Shown here: in pieces, positions 23,665 through 32,000 of the stretch
Numbering within the stretch: position 1 is the stretch's first letter
How the letters are laid out: every line of letters starts with the position of its first letter
NCBI GenBank assembly: GCA_054661495.1
Contig: BAAFSQ010000013.1
Coordinates: forward strand, 30,001-62,000
DNA length: 32,000 nucleotides
Reading direction: 5' to 3'
DNA from: Zygophlyctis sp. KS116
Lineage: Eukaryota > Fungi > Chytridiomycota
The notes under the pieces: generated by a model
Seen by the model: the letters and a program-made list of their open reading frames with translations, nothing else
Databases searched by the model: none
What the model was told of the DNA's origin: nothing
Made by a program: the position numbers and the translations under genes

Positions 23665-24459
23665 ATGATTGTAATACTTGTTTTTGGATTCCTTATGTCC
23701 ATAGCAGCTTTTGCTAGTGGAAAAGATTCAAGCAGCATCGCATATGAAATGATTATGCAAAAGTATGAAAATGCGGCATCACTGGCAACAGCTCAGCAGG
23801 CCATGAAAACTTACAAGAAACAATTTTATGCTGATCCACCGGTTTCTGGGAATGATTTAATCCCGTACAATCAGATCTTTAAAGAATATCAGCAAATTTC
23901 GGACTCTTTATTGCAAAAAACGGCTCAAGTCATACATTTATCAATAAATGAATTAAAAGAAAATTCCAATAATGAATTCTATGTCTGGGACACTAACTCT
24001 CAAATGTGGCATCTTCCTCAGCAGGCTGCCCCTGCTAGCCCGGTGGACGGAGCGGCAATCAATGCTGGAAAACTATCAAAACAAATTCAAGATTCACTTA
24101 AGAAACAACTGGATTTTGATAACTCAATGCTGGTTAAACGATCAGTGGTTTTGCCGTCTTTTTTCAGGGGGTTTGCTAAATCAAAGACGACAGATGTTTT
24201 GCATCCAGACTCAATAAAGCTAGGATGGTGGCGATCAGTTTTTGGAAGAGCAAAACTCAAAAATGAGATTAGACTCTTCTTTTATCCGAATATTGTAAAG
24301 GTATATTTTGGAATAGCGTCAGTGGGCTACCTGTACTTTATTTGTAGAGATGTTTTCGGTAAACAATCGACAAGTATATCTGAAGCCGGAATTGGATCCA
24401 TAGAATCTTCCACTGAGCAAATCAATGATTCTTTATCAGCCACGGCCTTAATATCTTAA
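23665..24459 (+). CDS. Secreted family member 4 (subtype A)
   Basis: MIVILVFGFLMSIAAFA, FYVWDTNSQMWHLPQQAAPASPVDGAAINAGK, LVKR|S, hydrophobic helix IVKVYFGIASVGYLYFIC. Confidence 0.85.
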   Translation: MIVILVFGFLMSIAAFASGKDSSSIAYEMIMQKYENAASLATAQQAMKTYKKQFYADPPVSGNDLIPYNQIFKEYQQISDSLLQKTAQVIHLSINELKENSNNEFYVWDTNSQMWHLPQQAAPASPVDGAAINAGKLSKQIQDSLKKQLDFDNSMLVKRSVVLPSFFRGFAKSKTTDVLHPDSIKLGWWRSVFGRAKLKNEIRLFFYPNIVKVYFGIASVGYLYFICRDVFGKQSTSISEAGIGSIESSTEQINDSLSATALIS

Positions 24460-24682
24460 GTTTTTCAATGGAATTGATTCACATTTCAAATATTTTCATA
24501 CCAGCGAGATTACTGGATTTTCACTCCTATGAAATATATTTTTATACTTGATAACTATTCATTTATTAATATATATAATACTAAGTTGACGATATGACTG
24601 CCGCAATAGCAATAAAGTTTCAGATTCGCCCCTAGTGGTAAGAAACTGCACCGTTGCCGCAACTTTCAAATTAAATAGAAAA

Positions 24683-25513
24683 ATGGTTCTGATACTATTC
24701 TTATCGATCTTCCTTGCAATCTCTGCCGAGCAATCAGAAAATCAAAATCACTGGGCTGAAGATGCCTATCATCAAATAATGCAGCAGTATGAAAATGGAC
24801 TTAACACAGGATCTTATAAAAGTGCCCAAGCACTATATCAGAAGCAATTAACTGTGACTCCAGCTCTTACGGCTGATCAAGTGGTTCCGTTCAACGAAAT
24901 TTTGCAAGAAGTAAACGGTGTTACAGCTCAAGCCTTGAGTATTACCAAACCCATCATATACAATTCCATCTTAGAAGCTAAAACAAACCCCAAAGGAGAA
25001 TATTATGTTTGGAATTTTACCACTAACGTTTGGCATTTGCCTCAACAAGACGCCCCCGTTAAGCCAGTGGACGGAGCCGAAATAAATGCTAGAAAACTAT
25101 CAAAAAAAATTCAAGATTCCGTTACAAGATCGTTATCCTCTATCAATCCCGAAATTCAAAAGAGAGGTTTCAGCGTTAGATTACCTCCTGCCTCCGGCTT
25201 TTCCACTGCAGCTAAATCTATTAAAAAACCGCCACCAAAATGGTACTCATACAAAGGTTTGAAACTAAGCTTTCTACAATCATGCGCTAATTTTGTCAAA
25301 CCATCAATCGTTAAATACACATTTGCAATATTTGGTGGGATAGGATTCATATTTTTGTTAAAGGATGCATTCTCAAAGATGAGAGGTCAGTCACCAAACC
25401 GAGCTCCTTCTCTTCAAGATGGCTATGATTACAGCGCTGGCACAGATCAGCTATACGATTCTGCAACTGATGTGCATTATCCTTCCTCTAATGGTGGATT
25501 TTATGGCAACTGA
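24683..25513 (+). CDS. Secreted family member 5 (subtype A)
   Basis: MVLILFLSIFLAISA, YYVWNFTTNVWHLPQQDAPVKPVDGAEINARK, IQKR|G, helix YTFAIFGGIGFIFLL. Confidence 0.85.
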   Translation: MVLILFLSIFLAISAEQSENQNHWAEDAYHQIMQQYENGLNTGSYKSAQALYQKQLTVTPALTADQVVPFNEILQEVNGVTAQALSITKPIIYNSILEAKTNPKGEYYVWNFTTNVWHLPQQDAPVKPVDGAEINARKLSKKIQDSVTRSLSSINPEIQKRGFSVRLPPASGFSTAAKSIKKPPPKWYSYKGLKLSFLQSCANFVKPSIVKYTFAIFGGIGFIFLLKDAFSKMRGQSPNRAPSLQDGYDYSAGTDQLYDSATDVHYPSSNGGFYGN

Positions 25514-25652
25514 AGCCAATCTACACAGTTGAATCCGATGATTTTTTGAACTTTATGGAATAAAAATGAATTTAAAAAAACATCCTTTTATGATACTAAG
25601 TTTCCAATCAGGTCAAATCTTGGCAGCATCAAAAATTAAGCTATTGTTCAAT

Positions 25653-27693
25653 AATAAACCATGATCAATATGTAAACCATTTGTGTATCATGTTTCGGCG
25701 TAGATTGCGGCACTTTGCCGTAAAGTAAATGTCTCATGTTGTTCAGAATATTCTAAAATATGAAAAATGTGGTAGTACTTTCTGTCTTAGTAGCCTATGC
25801 AGCTGCATTAGTAACTGATCCCTTCAATGACTTTATGCAACAATTAGAAATAATGGTCAAGAAAACAAACTTTGGATCCTGCAAAAACATTTCAATTGAC
25901 CAATCAACATCTAGAGACCTTCCTTCAGGACAGGATTCTATCTCTTTTGATGACTGCATACAATACTCGAATCAAATGACAGACGGGTTAATGCACGAAT
26001 TTCGTCCGATCGCCTTACAAGTTATTGCTAATGCGAGCAGTAACGTTAATGGTGATTACTATGAATTTGATAAAGTGAGCGGCTCTTGGCATCTACCAAA
26101 CCAATCTACACCGGAAGTTCCTGTGAATGGACTATATCAAAATGCTAAAATCATGACCATAATTTTGGACTCGCAGTTTAAGCGGTTGGTTCAAAAAAAC
26201 AGCGATAACAGCATCATATTAGAGAGAAGAGGATTTTTTAAATTACCATCTACTTCTATGAGATCATTAAGCTCATCAAGTCACTCTGCTTCTTCTTTGA
26301 GCAAAAGTTCAGGGGAAATTACTGAAAAAATTGGTAATCTTGGACCCAATCGAAATGCTCTACCTGACTGGGGAGAATCGTCTGTTGATGATTCTACTGG
26401 TATGTTTTCTGCTTCATTGATCGAAGACGCTCATTTGCCTGATGGACGGTCCAATGTCGATTCTACTGGGGCAATATCTTCGCATGAAAACCTGCCATCA
26501 TTTAAATATTTTAGCACTGGTTCTGGACAAAATTCTGAAAAGATAGGTCATGTCTTTGAAAAAGGAAGTCCTCAATTACCTAATGAAAAATCATTCATTG
26601 AAGATTCTTTACCGAAAAATTCACCGGCCCAAAAAAACTTGCCTATAGAAGATAAAAGCACTGGGCTAAACCATTTAGAAGAGACAAATACAGAAACTAT
26701 AGTGAATAATCCAATTCCTGTACGCAAATATCGTTCGGTACGGCAGATAGTTTGCATAGTATTACTTTCGACAGGGATAATCATTTCCTTGTTCATCCTT
26801 ATTGGTTCTATTGTTCTCAACATACTTCAAAAAACCATACAAATTCAGCATCTTTCTTAAGTATTTGACATAAATTCTCAAGTTTTGTCAGCGTGGATCA
26901 ACCACACTCCTGAATAGAACTCGTATTTATAACTTAAATCGAATAAAAATTGATTTCACTTAGATTCCACATATTTAAAAACAATCAAAGCATCCAATCT
27001 GCTTATTTCAGTCCGCTCGTCTGCAAACATTTGCAAAAATGGTTAAATATTGCGAGCAGCAGAAGTATTGGAGTGATTACAGATCATTAAATCAGATTTA
27101 ATTATGGCCCGAGAATAAAATATGATTAATATGTACACCATTAGTGTTTCATGTTTCGGCGTAGATTGCGGCACTTTGCGGTAAAGTATATGTCTCATGT
27201 TGTTCAGAATATTCTAAAATATGAAAAATGTGGTAGTACTTTCTGTCTTAGTAGCCTATGCAGCTGCATTAGTAACTGATCCCTTCAATGACTTTATGCA
27301 ACAATTAGAAATAATGGTCAAGAAAACAAACTTTGGATCCTGCAAAAACATTTCAATTGACCAATCAACATCTAGAGACCTTCCTTCAGGACAGGATTCT
27401 ATCTCTTTTGATGACTGCATACAATACTCGAATCAAATGACAGACGGGTTAATGCACGAATTTCGTCCGATCGCCTTACAAGTTATTGCTAATGCGAGCA
27501 GTAACGTTAATGGTGATTACTATGAATTTGATAAAGTGAGCGGCTCTTGGCATCTACCAAACCAATCCACATCGGAAGTTCCTGTGAATGGACTATATCA
27601 AAATGCTAAAATTATGACCATAATTTTGGACTCTCAGTTTAAGCGATTGGTACAGACAAAGAGCAATAACAGCAACATATTAGAGAGAAGAGG
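25653..27693 (+). repeat. Direct repeat pair ~25653-26232 / ~27114-27693 (promoter plus pro-domain)
   Basis: About 100 nt of upstream sequence plus coding sequence to GAGAGAAGAGG. The first ~345 coding nt appear identical. Confidence 0.9.
25760..26860 (+). CDS. Secreted family member 6 (subtype A)
   Basis: MKNVVVLSVLVAYAAA, FRPIALQVI, YYEFDKVSGSWHLPNQSTPEVPVNG, LERR|G, C-terminal TM. Confidence 0.85.
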   Translation: MKNVVVLSVLVAYAAALVTDPFNDFMQQLEIMVKKTNFGSCKNISIDQSTSRDLPSGQDSISFDDCIQYSNQMTDGLMHEFRPIALQVIANASSNVNGDYYEFDKVSGSWHLPNQSTPEVPVNGLYQNAKIMTIILDSQFKRLVQKNSDNSIILERRGFFKLPSTSMRSLSSSSHSASSLSKSSGEITEKIGNLGPNRNALPDWGESSVDDSTGMFSASLIEDAHLPDGRSNVDSTGAISSHENLPSFKYFSTGSGQNSEKIGHVFEKGSPQLPNEKSFIEDSLPKNSPAQKNLPIEDKSTGLNHLEETNTETIVNNPIPVRKYRSVRQIVCIVLLSTGIIISLFILIGSIVLNILQKTIQIQHLS

Positions 27694-28612
27694 GATCACA
27701 AATGCGAAAGCTCTGCCTGGTTATTTTTCAGATGAGCTTAGTTCATTGGGATATTCAATTCCTTCTCTTTCTTCTGCCAGCAAAAGCTCGGTAAATCCTG
27801 TAGAGCGCCAGGCTTTACTCGAGGAGTGGACCAGGAGGCATATTAAAATCGCTTCTGAAAAGGCAAATTCATTAAATGAAATGTCTTCTAAAGGTTCATT
27901 AGGATCTTCATTTCGTTCCGTTTCTTCTGCTAGCAAAAGCTCTGTAAATGCCTTAGAGCGCCATGCTTCTAAAGAACGCTTACAGCGTCAAGCGATTTTA
28001 GATGAATTTAATCTGAATCACTTGGAAAATCAGGCAAAACTTTCTCAAGATGAGCATTTTCTTCAACAAAAATTTGGTGATATCGAATCTGCCAATGGAC
28101 AATCAAGCAGTTATAGAAACGGAATTACAATTGAATCAAAAATTACAAAGATCCATGCTTCATTGCTAGCCATGTCAACAATTTTTAGCTTGGTCGCTGT
28201 AATCCTTCTGATCGTGCAATCCCAAAAAATCGGTTTATTGAAGTCTGGGATTTCAACTTTACTCAACTCTCCAACTCCAACAATGGGAATATTTTATGGC
28301 GACGAAATGGTCTCACAAACTGAAATTCCAACATCCATTGAATCTTCTTCGAGTTTACAAGCATCCCCTTCCGAAACAACATCCTCGGCATCGGAGTCAA
28401 ATACGACTTTGATCTCTGAGTCAAATACGACTTCTCAAACTACTACGGTCTCTGAGAATAACACGGCTTCCGAAACATCCTCTTCAGCCTCTGAGACACC
28501 ATCTGTTATATTTGATCAGGCAACGAACACCACGTACTTTTTTGACGAAAACACTGGATTCTACTACTATTGGAATCCTGAAAAAAACTCATATGAATGG
28601 TATACGGAATAG
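27221..28612 (+). CDS. Secreted family member 7 (subtype A) with S/T-rich stalk and Tyr-rich OCRE-like C-terminus
   Basis: N-terminal 158 aa nearly identical to member 6 up to LERR|G. Hydrophobic LLAMSTIFSLVAVILLIV, ESNTT repeats, YFFDENTGFYYYWNPE. Confidence 0.85.
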   Translation: MKNVVVLSVLVAYAAALVTDPFNDFMQQLEIMVKKTNFGSCKNISIDQSTSRDLPSGQDSISFDDCIQYSNQMTDGLMHEFRPIALQVIANASSNVNGDYYEFDKVSGSWHLPNQSTSEVPVNGLYQNAKIMTIILDSQFKRLVQTKSNNSNILERRGITNAKALPGYFSDELSSLGYSIPSLSSASKSSVNPVERQALLEEWTRRHIKIASEKANSLNEMSSKGSLGSSFRSVSSASKSSVNALERHASKERLQRQAILDEFNLNHLENQAKLSQDEHFLQQKFGDIESANGQSSSYRNGITIESKITKIHASLLAMSTIFSLVAVILLIVQSQKIGLLKSGISTLLNSPTPTMGIFYGDEMVSQTEIPTSIESSSSLQASPSETTSSASESNTTLISESNTTSQTTTVSENNTASETSSSASETPSVIFDQATNTTYFFDENTGFYYYWNPEKNSYEWYTE

Positions 28613-28761
28613 ATTAGATTTTGAATTTTTAGCAGTTTTTTATTATCCCATTCCTGATTCAGTCCAAATATTTTCTGGTGTCCATACTGATTCTTCAGAT
28701 TATGAATGGAAATCTACAAATCAATTAAGTTTACCAACAAAAAGAATCTATTAAATAAAAT

Positions 28762-29523
28762 TCATAATTGTAATTTATTCCTTGCATATTCCACAAAAGA
28801 ATCAAAAACTGTTGGCCATGCACCATCTATTTTCATTAAAATATATGTTATACCTTCATCATATCCTGAAAAATCATCACCGATAGAGTCCATGAAATCT
28901 ATCAATAGACTCCATACATCTTTATTGATTGACTTTTTGTAATGCTCTGTCAGATATTCAATCCACAAGTCCAAATGCTTATATTTTTTTATAGGAAGAA
29001 TTAATCGCCAAAACGCAATCGCAGTGTCGAGAGGCAAAGACTTTTGTTGAGTATCCAGAGATTTCGCCCATCCAAATGTCCAAACATAAACTTTTTGAAA
29101 AATAGCTGGATCTGATAATTCATTTTTCAAATTATCTACACAAGATTTCATTTGATCAAACGTTTGTGCTCCAAGATTTGTCCAGCCTTTGATCCAGCCT
29201 TGCCTGCTAAACTCACACATAGACTCGGACTCTAGATGCCAACTTAATACAAGCATTAAAACATCATTCGGGTCCACGCCGAGATCTGCACATAATTTTT
29301 CTGTTCCATTTACAAGAATAACATTTTTATCATTGGCATCGCAGTATTCGTCAAAGATTTTTTCAATTTTGGAGTTTGTTATTTGCTTCGGGACTCTAGA
29401 AAAATAGCTGTCGACTGCCTGATCTAAATTCCAGTTAAATTCTTTAAGAAACTTGGTCGCCAATGCCTGTGTAGATGAAGTAAATGCTACAAAAGCCTTG
29501 ATTTTCTCTTTTTGAGTTGGCAT
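28762..29523 (-). CDS. DCN1: Defective in cullin neddylation protein 1 (UBA-like + PONY)
   Basis: FVAFT..FLKEFNWNLDQAVDSYF, LCADLGVDP, QKSLPLDTAIAFW, YDEDGAWP..FDSFVEY after removing in-frame intron 28827-28853. Confidence 0.94.
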   Translation of the reverse strand: MPTQKEKIKAFVAFTSSTQALATKFLKEFNWNLDQAVDSYFSRVPKQITNSKIEKIFDEYCDANDKNVILVNGTEKLCADLGVDPNDVLMLVLSWHLESESMCEFSRQGWIKGWTNLGAQTFDQMKSCVDNLKNELSDPAIFQKVYVWTFGWAKSLDTQQKSLPLDTAIAFWRLILPIKKYKHLDLWIEYLTEHYKKSINKDVWSLLIDFMDSIGDDFSGYDEGITYILMKIDGAWPTVFDSFVEYARNKLQL

Positions 29524-29825
29524 TCGGTCCGCCTAGCCGGAAACGCCATGTTCAGTTTATGTCCATTACCTGAAAGAGGGATTGTAACTATCATGCAAGC
29601 AACATGATTCATAACAGGGAATTATCTAAACGGACCGATGAAAAAATGATCAACAATCACCAGTTCTGCAATCAGCAGTTCTGGTGCTAATTTATCTAAA
29701 CGAATTTTAGTTTGAACATGATTATTTAGATAATGGGATGAGCAGTTTGGTAATTTCGGCGCATTTCATGCTGATGACATGCAATGTGTCGATGACGTGA
29801 ATCCATTGTTCTAAGAAAATATACA

Positions 29826-32000
29826 ATGAATACAATCTCCATTTCGAATTTCATCTTCGTTGTATTGGCATTGATCGCAACTACATCAGCAGGTAAAAAA
29901 ACTCCAAAGATTCATACTTGCACTTCAACTTCGTTGGATTGTTGCTGGGTTGCGAGGATTTGGCACACTATGGGGGGCTCTGCTTCGATATTTGCTAATA
30001 ATGGCACCGTTTGCTGTGGTCAAAGTTCTATTGCTTGTGATAGTAATTACAAAGTTCTTTCGATTTTGTGGAAAGAAAAGAATCTTAACGGTCCAATTTC
30101 TACAGACTTTCAATACTTAAAAAGTTTACAGGAGATGTAATATGATCAAACCATTAATATTAAGTGATCTTCAAGGAAACAAATTCGCGGGATCCGCTAT
30201 ACCTGCGGAATTGGGGACGCTGCCAAAATTAAGATCTCTGTAAGACTTTATCTATTAACATCACAGATTACTTGCAAACAATGAATTAAAAGGATCTATT
30301 CCTCCTATTTTGGTAGCTCTGCCGGATCTGGATAAACTGTAAGTTTACTCAATTGTAATTACTATAGAATTCTTTATGGCAACAAATTGAATGGAAATAT
30401 TCCTATAAATATAGGGAATTTAACAAAGTTGACTGATCTGTAAGTTAAAATGATATTTTAATGTACAAGTGATCTAAGTGACAATGAATTGAAAGGGATT
30501 ATTCCCACTAGTGTTGGAAATTTAACCAATCTTCAGAAGCTGTAAATTAATTTGATATTTAAATTGTACAGTAACCTTAGTGGTAATAAATTAAACGGAC
30601 CGATTCCAGCAGAGATTGGGAAATTGATAAATTTGATCGAGCTGTAAAAAGATTTTGATATTTTAACACTAAAGAAACTTGAAAAATGCGAAATTAAAAG
30701 ACGGCCTGACTGGAGTTATTCCTGTGGAGATAAGAAATTTAATAAGTCTTCGCAAGATGTAAGTCTACTAGAATAAATTTGAAAGTGACCTTAGCAATAA
30801 TAAATTGGAAGGCATTATTCCAGAAGAAATTGGAAATTTGAAAAATTTGGTCGGACTGTAAATATTTTTTATAGTTCAATAGTAAAGAGACTTTGCAAAC
30901 AATAAAGACTTGGAAGGAATGATTCCTCGCGCCATTGGAAATTTAACTAGCCTTCAAAAGCTGTAAATTATTATGAAATTTAAAATTATCAAGTGACCTT
31001 AGTGGTAATAAATTGTATGGGCCCATTCCAGGAGAGATTGGGAAATTGATAAATTTGATCGAGCTGTAAAATTAATTAAATGTTTAATGTCAAGAGACAT
31101 AAGTGGGAATAAACTGAATGATATGATTCCTAACAATATTGGGGGCTTACAAAACTTACTAAAACTGTAAATTATCTTTAATATTTAAAATTGTAGAAGT
31201 CTGAAAAACAATAAATTGGAGGAAAATTTGCCTAAGAGTATTGGACTCATGACGAAGCTTCAGAAGCTGTAAATTATCTTGACATGTTAATTCTAAAGTG
31301 AATTAACTGGAAATAAATTGGAGGGTCCTATTCCAAACGAAATTGGGAATTTGGTTGACCTGATTGAACTGTAAAGTCATAAAACGTTTACTTGAAAGGG
31401 ATATCAGTAGAAATCATCTGAATGATCAAATTCCTAAAGAAATCGGTAAACTGAACAAGCTGCGTCTACTGTAAATTATTCTCACGGTATAAAATCAAAG
31501 AGACTTGAGCGATAATAAATTAGAAGGACCTATTCCGAAAGAGGTTGGGAATATGACAAGCTTGATTCGCCTGTAAAATTTATTGATGTAACTTTTAGCG
31601 ACCTTAGCGGCAATGATCTGGAGAATGATATTCCAAAAGAAATTGGTAATTTGAAAAACATGCAATTCTTGTAAAAAGTTTACAGTATAATCGTTTAGCG
31701 ACCTTGGCCGTAACAAATTTTTAAATGTCAATATTCCTAAAGAGATTGGGAATATGACAGACTTAACTGAATTGTACGCTGATTTAACCATCTAATACTT
31801 AAAGGTACTTACAAGACAATGATTTCACTGGAAATATTCCAGAAGAGATAGAAAATTTGGGCAATCTCGAGATTCTGTAAAATATTGAATTTATAATCTT
31901 TAAGTGACCTTAGTAAGAATAAATTATTTGGACCCATCCCAAAAAGTATTGGATTTCTTCCTATGTTAAAAGAACTGTAAGTTTATGATGTATTAAGTTA
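29826..32000 (+). CDS. Secreted/receptor-like protein with plant-specific-type LRRs, one LRR per exon; 3' end outside window
   Basis: Exon 1 (29826-30136) has a signal peptide and Cys-rich cap. Eighteen further exons each encode LxxNxLxGxIPxEIGNLxxLxxL: 30165-30239, 30267-30338, 30368-30439, 30470-30541, 30572-30643, 30675-30758, 30786-30857, 30888-30962, 30994-31065, 31095-31166, 31197-31268, 31299-31370, 31399-31470, 31501-31572, 31599-31670, 31699-31773, 31805-31876, 31905-31976. Confidence 0.93.

Noticed and set aside
28512-28754. Possible extra exon or relic after member 7 (YEWK echoing YEWY)
   Set aside because: The similarity is too short, and the candidate splice gives only a few residues before a stop.
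30137-32000. ~100-nt periodic array resembling a CRISPR or satellite
   Set aside because: Fully explained by LRR exons plus GT-AG introns, with no invariant repeats or unique spacers.

Overview
AT-rich, very gene-dense eukaryotic genomic DNA in the standard code, most consistent with a zoosporic (flagellated) fungus such as a chytrid. This is inferred from fungal-type housekeeping genes together with the ciliary genes TMEM138 and a SAXO5/TEX45-like protein. By hand I resolved 57 complete GT-AG introns, all 24-32 nt, which is why the ORF track is fragmented. Core genes: DHX16/Prp2, ELP1, LSM7, a Cid1-like nucleotidyltransferase with a degenerate active site, cyclin L, COX19, LTO1/YAE1-family, an RS-cyclophilin, RPS29, a bZIP factor, APIP/MDE1, TMEM138, RRN3, SAXO5-like, VMA7, syntaxin-6/TLG1 and DCN1, plus a U24-type C/D snoRNA. 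Two accessory systems stand out. (1) A tandem array of 7 intronless secreted-protein genes (20.7-28.6 kb) plus an outlier gene and a pseudogene at 2.4-4.2 kb. Most are built as signal peptide + conserved pro-domain + Kex2-like KR/RR site + hypervariable cargo + hydrophobic helix. N-termini are homogenised up to about the cleavage site, and several promoters share TTGCGGCA. (2) A secreted plant-type LRR gene (29.8 kb to window end) in which every LRR is its own symmetric phase-2 exon. All coordinates were read by eye and no database searches were run.
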